Source: Nanobdellota archaeon
GTDB taxonomy: Archaea; Nanobdellota; Nanobdellia; UBA10117; ARS21
Assembly: GCA_014239585.1 (NCBI GenBank)
Contig: JAAZYP010000001.1
Coordinates: 177,955-241,954, forward strand
Direction of reading: 5' to 3'
Length of the DNA: 64,000 nt
The notes under the pieces are model-generated. The model was not told where the DNA came from and did not search any database. It was given only the letters and a program-made list of their open reading frames with translations. Positions 1 through 8,217 of this stretch are shown here, in pieces (positions within the stretch are counted from its first letter, which is position 1; every line of letters begins with the position of its first letter). Both the position numbers and the translations under genes were made by a program.

Positions 1-1279
1 CAATGAGCTGTTTAAGTATATCTTTGACTGACCCACGATATGGGACAATTCCTTCAACGCCTTCTGGAACAATATCGAACACATCTGAACGCATATTTTC
101 GCGTTCTCGCTTGCTCATATTTGCGCCATATCCTGCCATACCTCTAATAATTTTGGCACGTCTGCCATCTTTAATTAAGATCTCACCCGGACTTTCGTCA
201 GTTCCTGCTAAAACACTACCTAACATGACTGTGGATGCTCCTGCAGCTAAGGCTTTAGTTAAATCGCCTGATGTTCGAATTCCGCCATCTGCAATTACTG
301 GGACATCATATTTTTTAGCGATTGATGAACATTCCAAAACCGCAGTTAATTGTGGTATTCCTGCACCTGTAACTATTCGCGTTATACAAATTGATCCCGG
401 TCCAACTCCGACCTTTATTGCGTCGGCTCCTGCTTCTATCAAATCTTTAACTCCTTCACCAGTTGCAACATTCCCTGCAATAATATCTACTTTGAAATTT
501 TTCTTTATTGTTTGTAAAGTATTTATCGCCAAATCTGAATGTCCGTGCGCAATATCAATAACTATAACATCAACTCCTGCATCCACCAATGCTTTGGTTC
601 GTTCCAAGTAGTCTTTTACTCCGATCGCGGCGCCCACCAATAATTTTCCTTTTTTATCTAACGAAGCATTTGGACGATTGATACTATTCAGAATATCTTT
701 TGCCGTAATTAAACCCATTATTCTGTTTTCTGAATCAACTAGAGGTAATTTTTCAATTCGATATTTATCCAAAATATTTTTTGCATCTTCAATCGATGTA
801 TCTATTGTTCCAGTAATTATTTTTTCACGCGGAGTCATTATGTCTTTTGCAGATTTACCATTAACTTCAAATCGGATATCTCTTGAAGTAATAATTCCTT
901 GTAACTTCCCGTTTTCTGAAACAAGTAAACTATGAACTTTCTTTTTCTTCATCAAAAATTTAATTTCATCAAGTTTTGCCTCTAAACTAACTCGATAGGG
1001 GTTGTCTATCACTAAACTTTCTGCACGTTTTACGGTACTAACCATTTCAACCTGTTCTTCAATTGAATTAAATCGATGAATTATTCCTATTCCTCCATTT
1101 CGTGCCATTTCTATTGCCATTTCTGCCTCAGTTACAGTATCCATATTTGAACTTACAATTGGATAATTCAATTTAATATTTTTAGTCAACTTCGTGGAAA
1201 CTGAAATTGTTTTTCGAGAAGATACAGACGATTTTTTAGGGACCAATAAAACATCATCAAAAGTGATTCCGGATTTCAT
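1..1279 (-). CDS. guaB: IMP dehydrogenase with CBS pair, C-terminus cut by the window edge
   Basis: Not in the ORF track because it runs off the left edge. Manual reverse translation from ATG at 1279 gives MKSGITFDDVLLVPKKS...NMDTVTEAEMAIEMARNGGIGIIHRF, a CBS-like middle, then VIDIAHGHS, GVGPGSICITR, GAGIPQ, ADGGIR. Track ORFs 3..611 and 678..935 are its antisense shadows. Confidence 0.9.
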   Translation of the reverse strand, partial: MKSGITFDDVLLVPKKSSVSSRKTISVSTKLTKNIKLNYPIVSSNMDTVTEAEMAIEMARNGGIGIIHRFNSIEEQVEMVSTVKRAESLVIDNPYRVSLEAKLDEIKFLMKKKKVHSLLVSENGKLQGIITSRDIRFEVNGKSAKDIMTPREKIITGTIDTSIEDAKNILDKYRIEKLPLVDSENRIMGLITAKDILNSINRPNASLDKKGKLLVGAAIGVKDYLERTKALVDAGVDVIVIDIAHGHSDLAINTLQTIKKNFKVDIIAGNVATGEGVKDLIEAGADAIKVGVGPGSICITRIVTGAGIPQLTAVLECSSIAKKYDVPVIADGGIRTSGDLTKALAAGASTVMLGSVLAGTDESPGEILIKDGRRAKIIRGMAGYGANMSKRERENMRSDVFDIVPEGVEGIVPYRGSVKDILKQLI

Positions 1280-1336
1280 TCCGTAATCTAAATCTTTATG
1301 AAATTTTATAAGTCTTTAGTAACGATATAGAACGCT

Positions 1337-1675
1337 ATGTCTATACGGATCGAATTAACTGCAGGTTTGGTTTCTAGATTAAGAACTAGATTGTCTGGGG
1401 AAAGAAATTCAGATATTATTTCAGTTATTAACAAAGCTTATGCTGAAAATAATAGTATCGATGAAATTCATGACTCAGTAAAAAATGGTTCAATCTATTA
1501 CACTAAACGTGGAACTCATGAAACACCTCATGCCGCAGAAACTTCTTTAGTGTCTATGGACGATAAACTATATTTATTTACAGATAGATTACTTGAACTT
1601 GAATCGGTGTTAGATTCGCCAACGCATAAGCGAATTGGTTCCAACTATAGCATCAAAGATCGAGATTGGGATTAA
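1337..1675 (+). CDS. hypothetical protein (112 aa)
   Basis: Intact ORF in an otherwise empty interval; no recognisable motif. Confidence 0.45.
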   Translation: MSIRIELTAGLVSRLRTRLSGERNSDIISVINKAYAENNSIDEIHDSVKNGSIYYTKRGTHETPHAAETSLVSMDDKLYLFTDRLLELESVLDSPTHKRIGSNYSIKDRDWD

Positions 1676-1705
1676 GTTTTTATATCAGATTTTTATTTTA
1701 GTAAT

Positions 1706-2440
1706 ATGAATGAACTTGGTGCTCTATTTTTGATTGGTTTTACCTTAGTATTTTTTATCAGTCTCAACGATATACGAAAAAGACAATTCAAAAATCTTAG
1801 AGACTATTTTATTATTGGTTCAATCGCAGCAATATTTGACATAATTATCGAAGTAATCGGAACATTCAATGATCTTTGGACTTACAATGAATCAGTTTGG
1901 TTTTTGTTTGAAACCGTTCCAATTGAACTTCCATTAATGTTTTTCATGGCAGGAGTTCTCGGAAAATGGATACATGGAATTTCAAAACGAGTTAGATATA
2001 ATCTTCATCTAACTCTTATCTTCTTCAGTTTAACTCTAATCGGAATAATTCTTTATCTTCGATCTACTGTTCTTTTGGGAGTGAATGAAACTCTTCTTGT
2101 ATTTTCAATTCCTGCCGGATTGTGGGGATTACATATTATTAAATCTGAAATAGATAAAGCAAGCGTGTTGATTGTCGCACTATTTGTGGGAATTTTAGAT
2201 TATGTTACTGAAACATTAATTATTGGTGCAGGAAGTTATGATTATGCGATTGGATTCCAATTAACCACCCCACTAAATTATTTTTTACTAACTATCGCTG
2301 CTTTTGGATTAATGGAAAAGCTTGACGTCCTTGACAATGTTATGGATTATCCAATTATCAAACAAATTATTAGTACTGCTGGTATTAAACGAAAAGAATA
2401 TACTCAAAGAATTAAAAAAAGAATTACGCGGTTCAAGTAA
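1706..2440 (+). CDS. multi-pass membrane protein, unknown function
   Basis: 244-aa ORF with about 7 hydrophobic segments; no family recognised. Confidence 0.6.
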   Translation: MNELGALFLIGFTLVFFISLNDIRKRQFKNLRDYFIIGSIAAIFDIIIEVIGTFNDLWTYNESVWFLFETVPIELPLMFFMAGVLGKWIHGISKRVRYNLHLTLIFFSLTLIGIILYLRSTVLLGVNETLLVFSIPAGLWGLHIIKSEIDKASVLIVALFVGILDYVTETLIIGAGSYDYAIGFQLTTPLNYFLLTIAAFGLMEKLDVLDNVMDYPIIKQIISTAGIKRKEYTQRIKKRITRFK

Positions 2441-2801
2441 TATTTCCGCTTTCACCAGTTTCTAATGCATGAATTGAATCTTCAATAATTTCAGTTAAAC
2501 TTAACGCATTATATTCTGCGATAAAATGATTAATGGCTCTAACTGAAGCTAATAATTCTGGATCAATTGATGGTTCAATTAAAACTTTATGAGAATATCT
2601 GAACTCTTCAAAATCAGTTTTTCGATTTATTGCGCTAAAATCATGAGGACTAACTTCAAACTGATACTTATTGGACATGCATCTCAATCTTCCCGAAACA
2701 TATTCAATCGAATTTTCAATGATTCCCGTATCATAATTCTTCAAAAAATCTGAAATTTCACGTTCAATTTTGCCCATCCGGGGTAAACCAATACACCACA
2801 T
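2433..2801 (-). CDS. hypothetical protein (122 aa; alternative start at 2777)
   Basis: ORF fills the gap; its 3' end overlaps the convergent membrane-protein gene by 8 nt. Confidence 0.45.
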   Translation of the reverse strand: MWCIGLPRMGKIEREISDFLKNYDTGIIENSIEYVSGRLRCMSNKYQFEVSPHDFSAINRKTDFEEFRYSHKVLIEPSIDPELLASVRAINHFIAEYNALSLTEIIEDSIHALETGESGNIT

Positions 2802-2835
2802 ACATAAAAGTATTATTGTAGAAAAGTGAATGTAC

Positions 2836-2855
2836 GACGGCCATAGGTCGCCGTC
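2836..2855. promoter_or_regulatory. GC-rich stem-loop GACGGC-N8-GCCGTC in a divergent intergenic region
   Basis: Perfect 6-bp G/C stem in AT-rich spacer, between the divergent starts at 2801 (-) and 2906 (+, sod). Confidence 0.3.
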
Positions 2856-2905
2856 AATTAAACTCCATCAACTAAGTTTATAAATTTTAGTTAATTAACA
2901 AATCA

Positions 2906-3499
2906 ATGGTAAAACAAATTAAACTTCCTTATGCTTATTCAGAGCTAGAACCTGTAATCGACACTGAAACCATGAAACTCCATTATGATAAACATCATGC
3001 GGGATATACTGCTAAAACTACAGCAACGTTGAAAGAGTTAAAAATCTCTGGCGAGGATCCGAAAGTCATTTTCGCCAATGCTTCCAAAAATAAATCTGTT
3101 CAAAACAATGGTGGCGGATGGTGGAATCACAATTTCTTTTTTGAATCTCTATCAAAACCTGATTCAGTAAAAATCTCAGCAAGTTTCAAAAAATTAATCG
3201 AATCAAATTTTGGTTCTTATGAAAACTTTGTTCAAGAATTCTCAAACGCCGCTGCAACTCAATTTGGATCCGGATGGGCGTGGCTTGGAAAAAAATCTGA
3301 CGGTTCATTGGAAATATATTCAACTAGGAATCAAGACAATTCTTACATGAACATCAATAAAATCTCATCAACGCCAATTTTATGTTTGGACGTTTGGGAA
3401 CACGCGTATTATTTACAGTACAACAATCGAAGACCAGACTACATTAAGAACTATTTCCGAGTAATCAACTGGGATTTAGTTGAGAAAAGATATCATTAA
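2906..3499 (+). CDS. sod: Fe/Mn superoxide dismutase
   Basis: LPYAYSELEP, HYDKHHAGY, DVWEHAYYLQYNNRRPDY (metal-ligand His/Asp motifs of the Fe/Mn SOD family). Confidence 0.93.
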   Translation: MVKQIKLPYAYSELEPVIDTETMKLHYDKHHAGYTAKTTATLKELKISGEDPKVIFANASKNKSVQNNGGGWWNHNFFFESLSKPDSVKISASFKKLIESNFGSYENFVQEFSNAAATQFGSGWAWLGKKSDGSLEIYSTRNQDNSYMNINKISSTPILCLDVWEHAYYLQYNNRRPDYIKNYFRVINWDLVEKRYH

Positions 3500-3502
3500 T
3501 AA

Positions 3503-3515
3503 CGCCCCCACCGAG
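3503..3515 (-). repeat. 13-nt exact copy of the tRNA-Glu 3' end (T-stem 3' strand, acceptor 3' strand and discriminator)
   Basis: CGCCCCCACCGAG at 3503-3515 is identical to 4877-4889, same orientation. 11 of 13 bases are G/C in an AT-rich genome. Confidence 0.6.
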
Positions 3516-3539
3516 GGTTTACAGTTTTGTTCAACCCTC
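3513..3539 (+). terminator. stem-loop GAGGGTT-N13-AACCCTC just after the sod stop
   Basis: 7-bp G/C-rich inverted repeat starting 14 nt after the sod stop; its 5' arm overlaps the tRNA-Glu-like 13-mer. Confidence 0.3.
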
Positions 3540-3617
3540 CGACATTAAGTAATGTCTAAGTGTATGATTACATTATATGATACATTGTTAAATACTTTAT
3601 CTTCTTACAAAGTTTAT

Positions 3618-3995
3618 ATGAAATCTGTTTCAAGGAAAAAAAAGGAAATTGAAGATAAATGGATTCTATCTAAACTTAATACTCTTGGAATAGGTTCTTC
3701 GATATTATTCATAATCTTCTTTCTTTACAGAGTTTGGGAGTTTGGATTTCTTCGGATACCTGAGTTAGATATAAATTATTACTCTTTTACAAAATCAATG
3801 TTAGCTCTCCAAGAACAATTTGCAACGAAATTAATTATTTTTATTTTATTATTGTCATATTTCGTTTATGTTAGAAGAATGATATTAAATAAAAATTTAA
3901 AATTAAATATAATTCATAAAGCAATACATATTTTTAATATTGGTCTGGTAGGACTTTTGATGTTGACGTTGTTTGTTGTTGTTAATTTAACATGA
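3618..3995 (+). CDS. small membrane protein (cassette ORF 1; track start 3552, ATG at 3618 preferred)
   Basis: Three hydrophobic segments; MKSVSRKKKE start lies directly after a repeated 29-nt motif. Confidence 0.5.
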   Translation: MKSVSRKKKEIEDKWILSKLNTLGIGSSILFIIFFLYRVWEFGFLRIPELDINYYSFTKSMLALQEQFATKLIIFILLLSYFVYVRRMILNKNLKLNIIHKAIHIFNIGLVGLLMLTLFVVVNLT

Positions 3996-4133
3996 TTATC
4001 TGAAATATAGTCTAAAGTTCCTACAATTCTATAGCTGAAGTCAAAAAATAACAATTAAATACCTCGTCTTCTTACAAAGTTTAGTTAAGGAAAGAGGATA
4101 AGATTTAATAAATATCAACTTTAATAATGACTT

Positions 4134-4442
4134 ATGAGCTTGGGCGATACCTCGATAAAATTTATTGAATATTTGTTGGGCTTTTTGGGGTTATTAGTTC
4201 TTTTAATTATACCGCGATTTTTTGTTACACCGTATACCACATCAGGAATAAATCCAATTTACATTATAATTTCAATTATTGCATTATTCATCTTAACTAA
4301 CTCAGAAGAAAAATATCCTCTAAACTTTCATAGAATTAATATATACAATGTTATGAAAATAAGTTTAGTTTATTGGATTGTATTAGCAATATTAGTGTGG
4401 GTTAGTTTATTACTTCTAAATTATTTGGGAGTGTTTGTATGA
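4134..4442 (+). CDS. small membrane protein (cassette ORF 2)
   Basis: 102 aa, three hydrophobic segments. Confidence 0.5.
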   Translation: MSLGDTSIKFIEYLLGFLGLLVLLIIPRFFVTPYTTSGINPIYIIISIIALFILTNSEEKYPLNFHRINIYNVMKISLVYWIVLAILVWVSLLLLNYLGVFV

Positions 4443-4813
4443 AAATTAGAAAGCTATTTTTTGAATCTATTTTAACTATTATTCTTTTTTTCGTAATACT
4501 TGTTTTATTTAATTTAACAGTAGCTCCAATTTTGAATTTTTTAAACTCAATTCTTCCTGCGATTCAAATATATCCCGGAAATGTCATCACATTCGCCTTC
4601 CCTCTAATTGCTTATTTAATTTTTAAGTATTCAATGCGATTTGAGAATGAAAATAAATTAAATTTAGTTAAAACAATTTCATTGGCATTTTTGTTCAGTA
4701 TTGTAACTTCGTTAGAATCAATAGAGTCAGCCAAAGTAATAAAGGCAAGTTTAATTCTGGCTTCAGGTATTATTATTACATTTATTTATATGTTTAGAAC
4801 CGATAAATTCTAA
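4439..4813 (+). CDS. small membrane protein (cassette ORF 3)
   Basis: 124 aa, four hydrophobic segments; ATGA overlap with ORF 2 suggests translational coupling. Confidence 0.5.
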   Translation: MKIRKLFFESILTIILFFVILVLFNLTVAPILNFLNSILPAIQIYPGNVITFAFPLIAYLIFKYSMRFENENKLNLVKTISLAFLFSIVTSLESIESAKVIKASLILASGIIITFIYMFRTDKF

Positions 4814-4876
4814 GAATCACTTACGTCAGTTTGAACGTTTTTGAAAAGATGTTAGTACTGTGGACAGTCAGTTAAG

Positions 4877-4951
4877 CGCCCCCACCGAGATTTGAACTCG
4901 GGTCGCCAGATTGAGAATCTGGAATGATTGACCTAACTACACTATAGGGGC
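4877..4951 (-). tRNA. tRNA-Glu(CUC)
   Basis: Manual fold: acceptor GCCCCTA/TGGGGGC, anticodon stem CCAGA/TCTGG with loop TTCTCAA, T arm CCGAG-TTCAAAT-CTCGG. No intron, no CCA. Confidence 0.9.
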
Positions 4952-5018
4952 GTGGCTTGGGATTTTATTTTTAGTTTAAAAACTTAACTTTTATAAGATT
5001 GGATTATTAGATTTGAAC

Positions 5019-6179
5019 ATGACAAAAATCTACAATTATGCGATTGATTTAGATGAAAATACGAAAGAACAATTCGATGCTTGTTGTAATCAGGATTTTG
5101 TTGAAAGGGCGGCTTTAATGCCAGATGCTCATTCAGGTTATGTTGCTCCGATTGGTTCGGTGTTTTTAACAAAAGATTATGTTGTTCCATCGTGGGTTGG
5201 ATATGATATTGGTTGTGGAATGACTGCAATTAAATTGAATATTGATCCGAAAGATATCAAGAAAAATTCTGAAAAAATTTACAACAAAGTTATGAATATT
5301 GTTCCGATGGGAAAAGGTAGATATAATCATCCGAAGGATATTTCAGATAAAACTCGTAAAGATTTTAGAAAACTTTTAGAAAAATTTGGAGAAGGTCCAC
5401 ATGATAAGGATATTTATAAGTTTATAAAAAATAAATCGCTTTCACATTTAGGAACTCTTGGTTCAGGAAATCATTTTTTAGAAATTTGTACTGACAGAAA
5501 AGAATCTTGGATTGTAGTTCATTCCGGTTCTCGAGGAATTGGATTTAAAGTTGCCAAGAAATATATGAAAAAAGTTTCTAATAAAGATAAAGGCTATGAA
5601 GCAACATTTCCAATAAAGGTTAATTCGAAATTGGGAAAAGAATATTTGAATGTTTTAGATTTTGGATTAGAATTTGCATTAATAAATAGAATGGAAATGA
5701 TTTACAAAACAATTAGTGTTCTGGAAGAAATTTTTGGTGAACAAAAATATGAAGTTTGGGTAAATAAAAATCATAATCATGCTATTTCCAAAGGTAAAAA
5801 ATGGATTCATCGAAAAGGTGCAACTCCTGCAATGAAGAATGAACGGGGAGTTATTCCTGCAAATATGCGAGACGGATCTTATTTAGTTGAAGGTAAAGGA
5901 AATTCGGAATTTTTATGGAGTTCTTCTCACGGTGCGGGACGAAGTTTATCTCGAACAGATGCTAAAAAGAAAATATCGATGAATGAGTTTAAAGATTCTA
6001 TGAAAGGAATCGTTGGAACTATCGATCAAGGAACTTTAGATGAAGCACCGATGGCTTATAAAAAAATTTCTCGAGTTATGGCTGCACAAAAAAATAGTGT
6101 TAAGGTGATTAAGCATTTGAAACCAATCATAAACATGAAGGGTTCAAGTTTTAGAAAATCTGAAGAAAAACATCATTAA
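5019..6179 (+). CDS. rtcB: RtcB-family RNA ligase (short form)
   Basis: MPDAHSGY, GCGM, GSGNHFLE, HSGSRGIG, NHNH, HRKGAT, SSSHGAGR (RtcB metal/GMP-His motifs). Track start 5013 is TTG; ATG at 5019. Confidence 0.9.
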   Translation: MTKIYNYAIDLDENTKEQFDACCNQDFVERAALMPDAHSGYVAPIGSVFLTKDYVVPSWVGYDIGCGMTAIKLNIDPKDIKKNSEKIYNKVMNIVPMGKGRYNHPKDISDKTRKDFRKLLEKFGEGPHDKDIYKFIKNKSLSHLGTLGSGNHFLEICTDRKESWIVVHSGSRGIGFKVAKKYMKKVSNKDKGYEATFPIKVNSKLGKEYLNVLDFGLEFALINRMEMIYKTISVLEEIFGEQKYEVWVNKNHNHAISKGKKWIHRKGATPAMKNERGVIPANMRDGSYLVEGKGNSEFLWSSSHGAGRSLSRTDAKKKISMNEFKDSMKGIVGTIDQGTLDEAPMAYKKISRVMAAQKNSVKVIKHLKPIINMKGSSFRKSEEKHH

Positions 6180-6847
6180 CGTCTAGGTTCTTCAACTGCA
6201 CTCGCCAAATCTGAAAATACAAAAGGTAGTGATCTTTCCGGTTCAGCAAAATAAGAACGAACTACTTCTTCTGCAAAACCCTCGTGATCTAATAAAAATA
6301 ATTCTGTATATCCGTCTCTAAAAGCATTCCATCCTGTTTGATAATCTGAAGCAAAATAAATTGCATCGATTATTGGATCATTTTCTTTAAGATTATAATT
6401 TTCTGACTCATCAAATGTTAAATCCATTCCGATTTCGCTAACTGAATATTTTTTGAGTAAATTTTGGAGTAAACTACTTGCTTTTTTCTCAAATTTTTTT
6501 GTTTTATTCATTAAATTTGTTGAATATATTTCTAAATGATCCATTGCATCAACTGCTAGTTCTTCCGAAAAATATTCTCCGATTCGATTAGATATTTGAG
6601 ATGCTTGTAAATATTCAAATGCTTCCGGAACTTGATTTTTATTTGACGCCAAAATAAAAATTGGTGTAAATTCTTTACTAACATGATATATTGCTGAATC
6701 AACATATCCGATAAATTCAGGAGTTTCTAAACAAGGTTGTGAATCTTCACCTCGAAATTGGAACATATTTATCGGTTCGCCATTTAATTCTTCAGTCCCT
6801 AAAATTGCATCAAAATCTCTCAGAAAAAGGTCTTCAAGTACACCCAT
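6176..6847 (-). CDS. acidic hypothetical protein (223 aa), paralog of 14164..14802
   Basis: Shares an N-terminal ILE-x-(I/L)F..(D/E)FD and a central Q-x-(S/L)-x-x-S/N-RI-x-x-(Y/F)-x-S...HL block with the 212-aa ORF. Its stop overlaps the rtcB stop (TTAA). Confidence 0.55.
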   Translation of the reverse strand: MGVLEDLFLRDFDAILGTEELNGEPINMFQFRGEDSQPCLETPEFIGYVDSAIYHVSKEFTPIFILASNKNQVPEAFEYLQASQISNRIGEYFSEELAVDAMDHLEIYSTNLMNKTKKFEKKASSLLQNLLKKYSVSEIGMDLTFDESENYNLKENDPIIDAIYFASDYQTGWNAFRDGYTELFLLDHEGFAEEVVRSYFAEPERSLPFVFSDLASAVEEPRR

Positions 6848-6872
6848 CGGTTTAAAAGAGTATACTCCGGAC

Positions 6873-7271
6873 CTATTTAAAGTTTTGTATCTTCGTTGAG
6901 TGGTTTTTCGAAAAACCGCTAAACGAATCCACTATTAGAATTAGGATTAGTGCATGAATTGCAGTACATGTTGAACAGATTGTGTAGAGAACTGCTAATT
7001 CAATATAGATTAGATATGCAATTCCTGCCAGTCCCGCTATTGAAAGATATTTTCTATTAATTTTATTGGAAAACATATATGCTAAAAACCAAAGACTTCC
7101 GAAAAATCCAAGTGGAATTCCGAAGAATTCAGAATATTGACTTTTATTAACTATATCGCAACCACCGCCAGATAAACAAAATCCGTCGTCAGGTGCATAA
7201 TGTGATTGAACTGTTAGAAGTGAAAGAATGATTCCAATAATTGATAAAAAGTAAATAAATTTGCGTTTCAT
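6873..7271 (-). CDS. VKOR-family (vitamin K epoxide reductase-like) membrane thiol oxidoreductase
   Basis: 4 TM segments, loop cysteines C-x6-C (CLSGGGCD), the following SxY...FGIP, and CSTC (CxxC) in the last helix. Confidence 0.7.
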   Translation of the reverse strand: MKRKFIYFLSIIGIILSLLTVQSHYAPDDGFCLSGGGCDIVNKSQYSEFFGIPLGFFGSLWFLAYMFSNKINRKYLSIAGLAGIAYLIYIELAVLYTICSTCTAIHALILILIVDSFSGFSKNHSTKIQNFK

Positions 7272-7323
7272 AGGAAAAGTAAATGAATATACTTTTAAAA
7301 GACACCTAATTTAACCTAGCAAC

Positions 7324-7397
7324 GGGCCTGTAGCATAACTTGGATAGTGTAGCTGGTTTCGGCCCAGTTGGTCGGGGTTCAAATCCTCGCAGGCCCG
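7324..7397 (+). tRNA. tRNA-Arg(UCG)
   Basis: Acceptor GGGCCTG/CAGGCCC, anticodon stem GCTGG/CCAGT with loop TTTCGGC, T arm CGGGG-TTCAAAT-CCTCG. Confidence 0.88.
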
Positions 7398-7435
7398 TAC
7401 ACTATCCTTTTATAGAATTAATTAAATTTCAAATA

Positions 7436-7699
7436 ATGAGTAAAGAAGCGATAAATACCGGTCTTGCATTTAAAAGAACAGAACTTGCTCGGGATCGAAC
7501 AGCATTAGCAATGATTAGAACTTCTCTTGCTTTAATTCTGGCAGGAGTTGCATTTATTGGATTTTCAGATAAAGTATTGTGGTTTTATCCATCGGGAATA
7601 ATTGCAATATCTATCGGATTAATATTTTTATTTGTAACCGCCAAACATTTTTTCAAACAGAGTAATGAATTGAAAAATTTAATGGGAAAATCATTATAA
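7436..7699 (+). CDS. DUF202 (YidH-like) small membrane protein
   Basis: ELARDRTALAMIRTSLALI motif plus 2-3 TM segments. The track start 7340 reads through tRNA-Arg, so ATG at 7436 is used. Confidence 0.7.
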   Translation: MSKEAINTGLAFKRTELARDRTALAMIRTSLALILAGVAFIGFSDKVLWFYPSGIIAISIGLIFLFVTAKHFFKQSNELKNLMGKSL

Positions 7700-7721
7700 A
7701 TAAGATCTGTTTTAGATTAAT

Positions 7722-7940
7722 ATGGCATTAGGTTTCGAAGGAATTATTTTCTATGTGGTATTGCTTGACAGTGTCATGGCAAATATCATGGTTTGGTTCT
7801 CACCTAAATTATTAAAATGGTATACAACTTATTGGAGCAAATTTGCTAAAGATTTTCCTCCAGCTAAAGGTTGGTGTGCATACTATTTTGTATTAGTTGT
7901 TTGGATCGGATACGGATTGAATAGATTAGGAATAATTTAA
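7722..7940 (+). CDS. small 2-TM membrane protein
   Basis: 72-aa ORF with two hydrophobic segments. Confidence 0.45.
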   Translation: MALGFEGIIFYVVLLDSVMANIMVWFSPKLLKWYTTYWSKFAKDFPPAKGWCAYYFVLVVWIGYGLNRLGII

Positions 7941-7948
7941 GAATAGGA

Positions 7949-7967
7949 GAGGGCGCAAAGCACCCTC
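7949..7967 (+). terminator. GC-rich stem-loop GAGGGCGC-AAA-GCACCCTC, 9 nt after the stop
   Basis: 8-bp stem with one mismatch, followed by A7 (T7 on the opposite strand). Confidence 0.35.
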
Positions 7968-8199
7968 AAAAAAATAGCAGATTTATATAATTACGAAACC
8001 GCAGCTATTGCAGAATACTTCATTATATCTACTAGTAGTTACAGCTCTATGTGCCTTATTGCACGATGTACAAACTAAACTTCTTATGTTTTCAAATAGG
8101 GTCATGTTTATCACAAATATATATCTGAGTAGAGGTTTATTAAAATACTCACCAGAAAATGGAAGATTTTTCGATTATTTTAGTACATTTTTTATATTT

Positions 8200-8216
8200 A
8201 TGGAATAATATTCCAT
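8200..8216. promoter_or_regulatory. palindrome ATGGAAT-AAT-ATTCCAT between a TATA-like box and the lrp start (candidate Lrp auto-operator)
   Basis: Perfect 7+3+7 inverted repeat ending 2 nt before the ATG at 8218; TTTATATTTA at 8191-8200. Confidence 0.4.
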
Positions 8217-8217
8217 T

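Larger units (their letters stand above)
3503..4889. mobile_element. putative integrated cassette or integration scar bounded by tRNA-Glu 3'-end direct repeats
   Basis: Direct repeats as above. The interior is markedly more AT-rich than its flanks (sampled 60-nt lines at 13-18% GC). It encodes only three small hydrophobic ORFs. No integrase is present. Confidence 0.35.

Noticed and set aside
3-935. Track ORFs 3..611 and 678..935 (+ strand)
   Set aside because: They are antisense shadows of guaB. The minus-strand translation gives unmistakable IMPDH motifs, while the plus-strand products are low-complexity (S/P/I/T-rich) with no motif.
3500-3545. Possibility that 3503-3539 is a split-tRNA 3' half (as in Nanoarchaeum)
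   Set aside because: The hairpin has a 13-nt loop with no T-loop consensus, there is no anticodon-stem strand, and an intact tRNA-Glu is present 1.4 kb away. An att-type duplication explains it better.
7340-7435. N-terminal extension of ORF 7340..7699, and similar ORFs 31045..31257, 32867..33130, 35441..35707, 37166..37348 and 57973..58191
   Set aside because: These reading frames run through tRNA genes, giving typical tRNA-translation peptides such as GFEPG/DLNPRP. They are not coding.
8008-8208. 66-aa ORF with a TTG start upstream of lrp
   Set aside because: It has no ATG, no motif and odd composition. The region is more plausibly the lrp regulatory region, though it remains unexplained non-coding DNA.
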